Positions 1 through 10,500 of a stretch of DNA of 64,000 nt are shown in pieces. How positions within the stretch are numbered: position 1 is the stretch's first letter; each line of letters opens with the position of its first letter. The position numbers and the translations under genes were made by a program. Origin of the DNA: Marsupella aquatica (taxonomy: Eukaryota > Plantae > Marchantiophyta); contig OZ316892.1 of assembly GCA_973895155.1 (NCBI GenBank), positions 14,128,861 through 14,192,860 of the forward strand, read 5' to 3'. The notes beneath the pieces are model-generated. The model was not told the origin of the DNA. It was given only the letters and a program-made list of their open reading frames with translations, and did not search any database.

Positions 1-780
1 AAAGTCCCAAGCATTCTGTCGCTTCCCTCTAGCTGCTGATTCCAGAAGCCAATCAGGGGAAAACACCCAAAGATTGTTGTTCATGACAAAATCACGCACT
101 GTTGTCTTAAAGAATTTTCTGCATATTTTCATGTATGACAGACCTACAACATGAGTGGAGGTTTCTGTTAGACTCTCCTCCACTGTCCCACCTAGCTCAA
201 CAACTATAGACTTGTACAGTCTGCACTTAGTCTCCCCAATTCCTTCTTCTGCAAATACCACACTGAACCCCTTCATAATGGTATTTCTCTCCTTGCCATG
301 CTCATTCAATATAGCATCTGCACGCATAGGATGGTGTCCTATGTTGACAACAGGTCCATATTGGACAGAAGCAAAGTTGGGTTTCTCTGCCGCTGCTTCA
401 TAGGCTTCCTTTTCAGCCAAAGCCTCTGCAGTGGCCTCCTCACTCTCCCACAACTCATATTGCTTAGTACTCTGTACACACCTATGTTTAACAGAATCGG
501 TCAGCCAAGAGACTTCAACTACTTTTAGACCTTGGTTGGTAATGGCAGAATCAATGAAGGACCATGACCACTTGTTCATCACATCCAGCCATGTCCCCGC
601 AACAACATGTGTAGTCTGTGGAGTGATGTCCTTGACTTCAGTCCCATGGAACTCTGAGAATCGTTTTTGTACGATTGGCCAACTCACTTGGGTGAACCCA
701 TAGTGGCCAGGAATCAAAATGGCTTTGATTCCAGCCAACAGAGGCGGGTGGTCAACCTTTGTACGTTTCCTAGAGGCCAT
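1..780 (-). CDS. Tandem BRCT-domain protein, 5' part (260 codons, open to the window edge)
   Basis: Hand translation; it is absent from the ORF track because there is no stop in the window. Sequence: MASRKRTKVDHPPLLAGIKAILIPG...ITPQTTHVVAG...LKVVEVSWLTDSVKHRCVQSTKQYEL...IMKGFSVVFAEEG...VELGGTVEESLTETSTHVVG...LWVFSPDWLLESAARGKRQNAWDF. It has two GG/THVV/W-L-x-[DE]-S BRCT signatures and an N-terminal basic NLS-like motif. Confidence 0.8.
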   Translation of the reverse strand, partial: MASRKRTKVDHPPLLAGIKAILIPGHYGFTQVSWPIVQKRFSEFHGTEVKDITPQTTHVVAGTWLDVMNKWSWSFIDSAITNQGLKVVEVSWLTDSVKHRCVQSTKQYELWESEEATAEALAEKEAYEAAAEKPNFASVQYGPVVNIGHHPMRADAILNEHGKERNTIMKGFSVVFAEEGIGETKCRLYKSIVVELGGTVEESLTETSTHVVGLSYMKICRKFFKTTVRDFVMNNNLWVFSPDWLLESAARGKRQNAWDF

Positions 781-1378
781 GTACACACGGGCCACCTAAT
801 CACTGCAGACCGGAAGATAATGCGTTCACCTGATAATCGGAGGGCCCTTAAAATGCTGCGTTTATAACTTGGTCCAGTCCAGTCGTCTGGTGAGTCTCTG
901 CTCCAATTCCAAACGGGAGAAATATTGGGACAAACGTACTAGACACCTGCAAGCATGCACCTCATAGTTTGAATATGTGCCTTCACAATATTGAAGGTGA
1001 CAAGTGCAATTGTTTTGTGATGCCACATACAGATGTTGTAAATGGGCAGACATTCAATGAGAATACAAAATGTTGGTACACTTTAAGGGAATTCTCGCAA
1101 ATTAAATAGCCTTGTAACTTATATGCTCATAATGAGAAGTCCTGATTTAATTTAAGCAGTGTCATGTAAGTCGTGATCAAAATGATTGTAGAGTTAAAAA
1201 AGTTCCTAGAAGGCTTAAGGGCAGTTTTTGAAGGCATGTACCCAGGAACAAGTAATGAACTTAGGGTACTTGTTGCCTAAGCATCCTCTCCTACAGAGGT
1301 CCTTCTTCTCAAAATTGGAATGTCTGCAATCTCCAAGGTATCCACATCAGGTGCACTATGCATGTATATTATTCAGGT

Positions 1379-2059
1379 TCAAAGCCAAGAAATGTGATCT
1401 CTCATGGGAGTGTGCAAAGTAGGATCTATGGCATGGCGATGACAATAGAAGATCCATCGATCAACACCATGTGCAGAGTGATCATAGATGTGTCTGTCAC
1501 AAGCATAGCCTTCTGCTTGACGCTCCTTCAAACAATGAAAGTGCCACATGGTGGGACACCTAACACAGTGGACTATGTCCACCCAGAAATCTTCATCGTG
1601 CTGACCACATGCCTTGCACTTATGAAGTGGGCAAGTTGTGGCAAGATCGGGCAAACATGAAAAACAAAAGAACCTCACACAATATCTGTCAGGGCATTTC
1701 CTAACAAGTGGTGGAGCATCAACAGAGCCCTCATAAGACCCCAACTTCCCACACTGTGCACACTTAACCTGCTTCTCCAAACAATCAGTGCACATCCAGC
1801 CTCCCTGGTGTGCTGACGGGAGGCCCACCCCTGGACAGTTGTTTTCTGCAGCAAGGTCAGACTCCGGGTTGAGGTGGAAATGCCTCATGCAAGGGCCCTC
1901 ACATATGGCTAAGCCACCACCATCGTCACAAATGGCACAACAATGAGCTGCCTTCTGGAAAATCTGACTTGCGGAGAAGTTACTACCATCTGGCCCAACT
2001 ACACCTGTGTTGCTCACCTCTATCCCCCGCTTCTTGGCTCGGATTTTAGGGCGTGCCAT
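1379..2059 (-). CDS. Stand-alone EDM2-type composite PHD finger protein (226 aa)
   Basis: CAICDDGGGLAICEGPCMRHFH...WMCTDC...CAQCGKLGS...TTCPLHKCKACG...HCVRCPTMWHFHCL...IFYCHRHAIDPTLHTPMRDHISW follows the EDM2 PHD region, including its 'IYCxxHxIDxxLxTPxRDHI' tail. The ORF is intronless, has a basic N-terminus, and has a splice acceptor 2 nt before the ATG. Confidence 0.85.
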   Translation of the reverse strand: MARPKIRAKKRGIEVSNTGVVGPDGSNFSASQIFQKAAHCCAICDDGGGLAICEGPCMRHFHLNPESDLAAENNCPGVGLPSAHQGGWMCTDCLEKQVKCAQCGKLGSYEGSVDAPPLVRKCPDRYCVRFFCFSCLPDLATTCPLHKCKACGQHDEDFWVDIVHCVRCPTMWHFHCLKERQAEGYACDRHIYDHSAHGVDRWIFYCHRHAIDPTLHTPMRDHISWL

Positions 2060-2728
2060 GCCTACGCATGAGACAGATAGTACAATTTAGCAGAGTGCAC
2101 GGACAATACAATTTAGTGTAGTGTACAAAAAGTACAGTGTAGCATATAGACTAGAGTGGCAATTGCTACTGCAATGAAATGTTCACACACATGTGCAGAG
2201 TAGACATACTTTTTGGTTTGTTGAGCCCACACTAAAAACTGATCCCCTCGTACAATAGCTCCACCTACACCTCAATTTTGTGGCTATGATTCACCAAAGG
2301 AGATCTGCAACAAGATTTAATGCATTTGAATCACATATAACAGTCGTGACATGTAAAACAGGCATTTTTTGAACAGGATTGGTATCAAGCACTGTGATCA
2401 GGGTTGTAATTTATACATCCTAAATAGGCTATGATAGTGAATGAGACAAATAAGTTAGGCAGAAATCACTTTTTCCAAGTTATCACATGGCCCATTAATT
2501 CCAGTCTTTGAAAGGAGACTTTTAAGTGAGCTTGCTAGCCTCTTAAATTAGGATATTGTACTTAGTGCAACCATAATAGGATAAATTATGTACTGTTGAC
2601 CCTAAACCCTGGACCCAAAATTGGTCATAATTCAAAATCTTAAGTAAATATCCTCTCTGTTCAAGTCAAAGTGTTAAGTTATAGGTCAATGGTCTCTGGT
2701 TTGTGCATGCGGTGTGACAAGTGGTCCT

Positions 2729-3178
2729 CTAGAGCGTGTGATCCAAACATGTGTAGACACCAAAGTGACCGGTGGTGGGGTCTGGGAGGGCAGGACAAGT
2801 GACATCGCCAGGCACACTGCAGGATGGCGAGTGGTTCCAGATGATACATTGTGCTCTGTGAAAAAACCGACATCCAAGAGAACGGTCATCCAACTCTAGG
2901 CCAGAAGCCCTACAGGCAGGACAGTCATATTGGCAACTGTGCACACACCCTTGGGCCCTAATTTGTGGCGGGTCATGTATGAGAGACAGAATTACCAAGG
3001 ATGTTGGGAAGGGTGGAGAAGCAGGTACAGGCCGGCTGTAGTTGTTCCTGGCAACAACTGGGTACTCAAAGTACCATGCAGACTGGGCTGGAAGGATCCC
3101 AAGTCTGACATACTCAAGGCGCAACATCTCTGCCTTGCGTGCAAGCCGCACATGTTCAGCGTTGCGGGTCCTCACCAT
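2729..3178 (-). CDS. Cys/His-rich hypothetical protein (149 aa), possible divergent PHD-like zinc finger
   Basis: ATG-started ORF in the same orientation as the other cargo ORFs. It has the pattern CxxxCxxxCxxC...CRFFHRAQC...YTCLDH. Confidence 0.4.
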   Translation of the reverse strand: MVRTRNAEHVRLARKAEMLRLEYVRLGILPAQSAWYFEYPVVARNNYSRPVPASPPFPTSLVILSLIHDPPQIRAQGCVHSCQYDCPACRASGLELDDRSLGCRFFHRAQCIIWNHSPSCSVPGDVTCPALPDPTTGHFGVYTCLDHTL

Positions 3179-3444
3179 AAGTGTTGCTTTTGTGGAGATG
3201 TCGTGTGTTCATGTCCTCTGATAAGCACCTTCGATCAGCAAGGTGAGCAGGAGCTGTACTTGCCTCACCAACAGCAACCAACCTTAAATTATCAGTTCCC
3301 ACTCACTGTGTCATTCCATTGGTTCCAGCTAGGGGTCACAGTGTAAACATAGCATGAAACACTCCTAATCAACTTGCTTACAAACTACAATATCCAGAAA
3401 GAGTGAAAGTCTCACCCTCCAGTGAGCAGCAGAGAGGTAGTTCA

Positions 3445-3828
3445 CTAGATGTGTTGATGTGCAGTTAAACCTCCACTATTGCTTACTTCTGGTGTATGCT
3501 GCTCAGAAGAAGACATATTAGTAGCAGCAAATTGCAAATAATGGCCATAAGCAAACTGTGAGAGTTTGCAGAATGCTACGACAAATCCATCACAGCAGTG
3601 CTCCACAGGAATGAAACCAAGCAAAATTTGGTGACCTCGGCCAATGACAAGGCCAATGTAGTGAACAATCCTTGACCGATCAGGATATGGATTGGAATTA
3701 CAATTAGTCAGCTCTTCTTCTTTGTTTTCTAACTCTGGGGGAAATGAGCATGACCAGGGAATTCTTTGAGAAATAGAAGTGCACAGGGAAAATGAAATTG
3801 GCTCATTCAGCTGCGCAAGACCGGCCAT
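3445..3828 (-). CDS. Hypothetical protein (MAGLAQLNEP...), putative CACTA cargo
   Basis: Open frame from the ATG at 3828, preceded by a candidate splice acceptor at ~3871. No recognisable domain. Confidence 0.3.
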   Translation of the reverse strand: MAGLAQLNEPISFSLCTSISQRIPWSCSFPPELENKEEELTNCNSNPYPDRSRIVHYIGLVIGRGHQILLGFIPVEHCCDGFVVAFCKLSQFAYGHYLQFAATNMSSSEQHTPEVSNSGGLTAHQHI

Positions 3829-6800
3829 TGCAGCAAACTTGGACAGTTGTTCCGCAATACATAAAATACCCTGACTTACATGCAATCGATACAATCTGCT
3901 TCTGTTGGCTGTCCTATAGCTCACGGTAGTGCCGTTGGGATAGGGTAAGTGAATATTGCCATAGCTGAAGCACATTGAGCTTGCAGCAAGAAGTGAAGGA
4001 GCATGGCCAAAAGCAGAAAAGACAGACAGGTTTTACAAGAAGAAACTAACAACCGCCAATCTGCTCAAATCTGCTGCATAGATCAAACCCTCCAAACTAC
4101 ACAGCCCTCCTTTGAAAACAATCCAATGTGCTTTGGCTGGTGGATGACAAGGACTGGGAGAAGAGGAAACGTCTACACAATCAATCCCAATGACGGGACA
4201 CAGAGACCAGGCACAGAGAGGATTTGTGCTTAGACAAAAACCACAAATTGTAGCATGGGCGCCATAGCATTGGGCGGCAATGGGAAGAATTACATCAAAT
4301 GAGTGGACAGAGAATGAACAGTCCGGTTATAGGCAAACAGTGACTGATGCCCTGATGCAATGAAACACGCATTGACATAGCGGAGGGACATAAAAACTAC
4401 ATAAGCCAACTTACTGACCTTTTAAGGCCCACAATTTCAAGGGGAGGGACAAAGACAGCAATAACAGACGCAGAGACAAAGCTGTACTCTGTCAATTGAG
4501 TAGGCAAGTGGGTGGGTGAAGATCAACAACCAATGTAGCAGCGCAACCAGAGTAGCAACAAAGAAGCAGGTTGCCCTCAGTCTCCTATTTTTCAAGCAGC
4601 TCGTGCTCGCGGTCAATCTCCTATTCTGCAAGCAGCTCACGCTCGTCCCTCTTGTTCTGCAAGCAGGTCATTCTTGTCGGCGATGGTGCAAGCTGTCCTC
4701 CTAAACTCTGACACTCAAAATGAAAAGACCAAGCACCTCCAATCTGTTTGATCCCTTCCGCAAGCAGCCGAGCGGCAGACGATAATGTAGGGATCAAGAA
4801 CCAAGTGCCAGGCGGACAATGCACAAAATGAGGACCGGGGGCAGAGACAAAATCTACCGAAATCTACCGAAATCTACTTCTTGGGGTCCAGCCCACGGAT
4901 GGACATCATGCAAGGTGGTCAAAAATGGTAAGTGCAATTGTTGGAGAGCTGTACTCGCGATTACTAACGGTGCATCCACAAAACGCGTCATCAAGTTGTC
5001 AGTGCGGCCACAACAATTTTGACAGTCTCAGGATCACAGGTCCACAAACAAGTTGCAAATGAAGACACACAACGTCCAGGAGGGAAAGTCCGCAACACTA
5101 ACCCTTTGTAAAGCCCCCGAGCTTACCTTCTAGCTGCCGACGCAAAGAGAAAACCTACTCGGACACTGAAGCAACCCTAAACTCAAAGTCTCACCTTAGC
5201 GCAACAACTCCTGGATTGGATTCAGCTAGCTCAGGCTCAATGAAGCATGTCGCCTCGGGCTCTCCGGATCCTCCCAAGGCAGCAAACAAGTTAGGGTCCA
5301 CGGTCCTTGTACCTTCACCGCACCGTTGTGTCCTTCCCAATGCCTCCTCTGTAGTTGCGTCTTGTCTGCAACTCTACAGCTCCCCGTGTTGCTCTGCCGC
5401 ACTTAGTTATATTCCAACGCCCGATCGTGACCAAAAAGAGTTTTCTCCTGCTGGACAGCACTAGGCATTTGTTCAATCTCTTGATCACGCGTAAGCAGCT
5501 ACAGGTATGAATCACTCAGTTGGCAGCTCAATACGCTTACAGCAAGAGGGCGCAATAGGTAGAAGCTCGCGCTACCTAGACCAGCACAAGGACAAAGCAT
5601 TAACATTGAAACTGTACCATGGAGCTGGAGAAAACCACAGAGTAATTGAAGCCTAACAATACCCTTCTTAGCTCCCGACTCCAAACTCTCGGCTCCCAGT
5701 TTGCAAGAACAAGCACTATGAAAATATGGATTCCCACATTGACTGTGTCCGCAGAACATATGCAACCCGCATGCAACTTCACCAGCTCAACGGCAGCTTG
5801 ACAACTGAAGGACCTCCCAATGAGCCTCACGGCCTCCCGATGCTCATTATGGGTGCAGCAAAAGGGTCTATACCACAACTGTGACCGAGATTGTCACCCA
5901 AAACCTTGAAGAAACCCCAACCTCCGACTCCTCAAACTCTGACAAGCTCCTCACGAACGTTGCAGCAGCCACAACCTTCTTCGCCCTACCAGCCAAAAAC
6001 TAAATGTCCCTAAAGGAGATCGAGCAGGAATGCAGGTCTATGAGTAGACTGCAAGCGCAAGGTTAGATCACTACAACTGCCTGAACACTGCTCCTCGAGA
6101 GCATAAACAAGCACATAACGCGCAGGAAGTTCACTCCGCAATGGTCGCAAAAAGTGGGCAACACTGAAAGGAAAACCCTACGTAAAACCCCGAACACTCC
6201 ACCCCTCACGTTCTAAGTTCAATGACAATGGCGAAAACTCCAAAGAGACTCCCAAAGTGAAGTTTAGTGCCTGAAACCGAATTAGGGGAAGCCACTCAGC
6301 CTTACCGTTTGAGTGAGCCGTTGAGTGTCACCCAAAGTGGGACAAAGCTACAAAGTGTTACTGCATGGCCAACTTAGGCAATGAATGGTCATATTTGCAC
6401 ATACATGGTCGGTAGTGACATTTTATTGCACGCCGTAATCAGGATTAAGGTTGCCCAACATTATATCCGGTCCTAAAATGCAATATTCCCGGTGCAAGAA
6501 TGTGACCTAGCTCTAATGTATGAAAAAGGACCGGTACAAATCTACCTTTGTGCATCTTGACCTTTTATAGATGGATTTAGTAATGGCCAAGAATATCTTG
6601 ACCATCCCTCCATGGTCCAACCTCCATGAACCCCACTTCATTAAACCCAAAACCTTTTTGGTCACAAATAAGGAAATTTAATGAGTTATGCCCCTTGCTA
6701 TCACCCTCTTTATAGATTTATTTTTTTGTTTGAAATTTTACATTTATTCCGCGTGAACCCCACGGATGGGGGAACCAGTAGGCCAAATGGCATCATAAAA

Positions 6801-7573
6801 CCTCAACACCCAAAGGAGGCAATAACAAAGAGTTACTCAACCAGGGTCATCAGATCAGGCAAAGATTGCGAAGCCGTTCTTCTAGTGGTCCATGCAACAA
6901 GTAACAACTAGGGAATAAGCACTAGAAGGCGCAGTAGGTCAGCATAGTGTAAGTGTAAAGTGTCAAAGCATTGTCTAGTACTAAATTAATCCACCTGATT
7001 AGTAAGAAGGGGGTGTATACTGTAATGGGAAAAAGAAAAAAAAACCAAGGCATGAGCAAGGGCCACCAAGAGTGGTGCAGCTATAAGCTATAGGGATTGA
7101 ACACAATGCGGGGGGGCAGTGGCACTATGTATGAGGAAATCACGGGAGTATCGGTGTCAAATGAGTCGACAAAACTCCCAGATAGCCACACAGTATAAAT
7201 CAATCTCACAGAAGGCTGCCATCAATGGAGGAAACAATTTGACACGACCCACATCTGAGAGTGTGAATTCGCTCGATCTCCAACAGTTCTTTGGCACTCG
7301 ATAGACGTCGGTGCTTTCGGCTCAAAGATGAAGGAGAATTACCCCTCCTCAACATAGAGTGAACATTACCCATGATGTGCTAGACTATTCACCCTTCACA
7401 AAGTAGCAAGGTTACTTCTCATAGTCTTTTAGTGAACCATAAAACTCTCATAGTCTTTTCTAGTCTTCAACAAAACCGGTGCAATGGGTGCGAGTCGTTT
7501 TAAGTATGGAAAAAGGACTTAGTGGGCATAGTCCTATAAGGTATGGTCTAAATTGCCCCGATTTCTACTAGTG

Positions 7574-10500
7574 TCTTCCACTTGTGTTTCCATATTTCCG
7601 TTGAATAGTTTGAGCTCTTCCTATCCACCAAACATATTTTGGACTGTTGGTTACCGACACAACTGGAACTGGCAAACCACTAGGCCTCCTTCGCTTCTGT
7701 CTCCCATTCTGTGTGGTCTCAGTGCTTCTCGTCACTCTTCCCTGTGCTGTCTCATCCATAAAAAATACTCCACAGTCGCTGCCGACACTCATCATCATAG
7801 TTGGAGCACCCACTCGCATTTTTGGTTTATCCACCAAATTGTTGAAGTAAAGACTTTGCTTCACCCGTGTCAAACGGTCCTTGCTAAGGTGAGGGTTCCC
7901 TACCATTTGACTAACTAAAGTACTTTTGTACATTGTCTGACCCTCAAAACTCACAGTGGGAACTACTGTGACACCAGACTCACCATACACCAAATCTGTG
8001 TGTATATCAGACATTACAGCAAAACAACTATCTCGAGCTATGTGTACATCAGGCACCCCATCTTCAAGCATCCCATCATGGAGGGCTGAGTTTGCCTCTT
8101 CAGCTGCTATAGTGGAGGATCCAGCTACTGTAAATGGACCTTCTGGAATAAGTTGTATATTTTCTTTCTGTCTGGGGTTGGGTCTATCCACCAATGTTGC
8201 ATCCTCATCCACCTCCAAGGATTCCACATTGATATCACACCATCCTCCATGGTGTGCACCTTTTGCCTCAATTTCCCATGATGAATCCCACCATACAGTG
8301 TTTCTGGTAGATGTGGAAGGGTTCATCTGGGCCTGAGTAGCAACATCTTTGGCTAACAAAAAACCTTCTTGCAAAGCCCTCACAATATCTGTATCAGTTT
8401 CAATCCCTGTATAGTCGGTTTGACTAAATTTTCTTGGAGACCCATGTGGTACTGGGTGGAGTTTCATCCAAATATTTCTGTGCTTTTTGTGACTATGACC
8501 AGCTCCCACTATTCCTTCACTCAGGTCCATTGCTGCCAACCGGTTCAAAGAGGTTGCACAATCAACCAACTCAGTTAGGTCATAACTTCGTTCATGACCA
8601 TTCATGCCTCCAACTTTTGAAAAAAATTGTTCACAACTATCTGATCCAGTCAGATGCAGAGGCACAGGCAACTCAGGAAAGTGGTCTCTGAATTGAATAA
8701 TCAAAAGTGGTACAAAATGCACAGACATTTGAATGTCAAGAAATGTTTGCATAGGGATGCAATTTTGCTTAAAACTAATTGGTTGTGTATTACCACCTAC
8801 AGAGTGATTCCCATGGAAACACCACATTCGCCAGAGTCTGAAAAAGAACCCCACTTTGCCACACAAAACAATCCTCTGCCTCAAGCTCAAGCTTGTATTC
8901 AGGAAAATGTCAATATAATCAGCACATATTCCCAAATAAAGTTCTGAGCCAAGAGTCATCTCTTGTCTGACATCTGGTCGATTTCGTAACATGAAGAGTG
9001 TATTAATGAGTTTTCGACTACAAAGTCGTTGGGCACTAGTCCAATTTTGCCTGTCTGATCTTAGAACATCCTCATGATTCATTGCATGATCTTTGACATC
9101 ATACAATTCATACACATGATTTATGTGACTAAAAGCAGCCACTTCTGCCCCTAACTTCATCACCCTCTTGATTGAATCCAATGGATTTACAAGTTTCTTT
9201 CCATTGTGAATGAATCTTGATCATGGAGCCCATAAGCATGAGAAGTTGCTCCAACAGTGATCATGGAGTGGGTTAGTAATCATCCTTCCCACCTAAGATT
9301 TTGTCTAGGGCCTGGAATTCCTCTCCCTGTGTAGTCTTCTATCATTAATTTCCTTCTTCTTGAGTCCCCATCACTAGCATGGCCCAACAGAGGTCCAACA
9401 GCCTCCAAACAATGAGTGGCCCATAGTGACTGCAATTCAATCCATTGCTCCCTGACATAATCAGCAGTAAATTGACCACATGTACCAGTGCCCATGGCAC
9501 AGAGGCAAGGAAACTTGTCACACAAGGGATTTACCATAATGCACCTAGCTTGGTGCCCTACAACATTAGTGTCAAAGGCCTCTGTAATGTTATTGAAGCC
9601 AATTTCACCCTCACCCACTTTTATTGCCAGGCCAACACCACAAGTATGATTGTCTTTTTTTCCACAAAACCCAATCAGTGTATCATCCTTAGGCTGCCAC
9701 CTGACTGTCTTTTTCACACAGGTTTCATCCTCTGCCAAATAGCAGGGAATAGGTCCAGATATTCCAAGTCGACTCTTCAGTTTTGAGTAAACTTGAGCAA
9801 TGAACTTGAATTGTGAAGCATGCATGCCAGCACGAAAGACAAACATGCCACGCTTGTCTCTTTGTAGAGTGTTCAAACTAGGACCCAAACCATTTGTCTG
9901 GAGACAATCTACTACCCGTCTGTCACCATGTAGAAACAGTGCCTGGCACAGGAGCTTTGTTCCTTTCCTCCATCGATGACCCACCTTGCTTCGATTCAAG
10001 TTAGAAGCAACATCTTGAAGCATATCCCTAATGCTTGCCTACCTCCAAAAGCCCCTTTTTTGTGTGCTTGAACAACAGAATTACAGAATTTCATTATGTC
10101 CTTCCTGTTAATTGCCTCCTTGCATATCTCTTTCAGAGATGGTTCTTTAGCTGTGAGCATCAGCAAACGATGCTGAAACCTCCTTGCTAGTTTTCTCTCC
10201 TTCCTGATAATTCTACGATAATTCTTTGCTTGCTCTTGGACCTCTTCAGTTGTAAGGTAATCTATTCGCCTACCTTGACCTGTCCCTCTCTGACCTCTTT
10301 TCTCAACTGCAGTTACTTCTCTGAACACCCGTAATCTAAAGTCTGTTAGACTAGGTATGGTGAAACAATGATCACAAGTCAACCTTATAAATCCACCACC
10401 AAGCCTTGATATTCTGGTACAGGATTTATGTCTGAACAGGCCTTCAATGACACAAATTTCTTCAATCTCCTCACACCACACTTTAGCCTGCACTAGGGGC

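Larger units (their letters stand above)
1..7573 (-). mobile_element. CACTA (En/Spm) DNA transposon, one end; the element continues beyond the left window edge
   Basis: The minus strand from 7573 reads CACTAGTAGAAATCGGGG, a canonical CACTA terminus. It sits exactly where the neighbouring transposase ORF is cut off (codons CAC-TAG). A related subterminal motif (ccggtgcaa...gtatg(g)aaaaaggac) occurs at ~6488-6530 and ~7476-7518. The other TIR and any TnpD transposase are not in the window. Confidence 0.72.

Noticed and set aside
155-867. Plus-strand ORFs in the track (also those antisense to the transposases and PPR genes)
   Set aside because: Shadow frames opposite real coding sequence on the other strand.
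2599-2611. Telomere-like ccctaaaccct
   Set aside because: Fewer than two units. At most a telo-box-like motif, not an interstitial telomere array.
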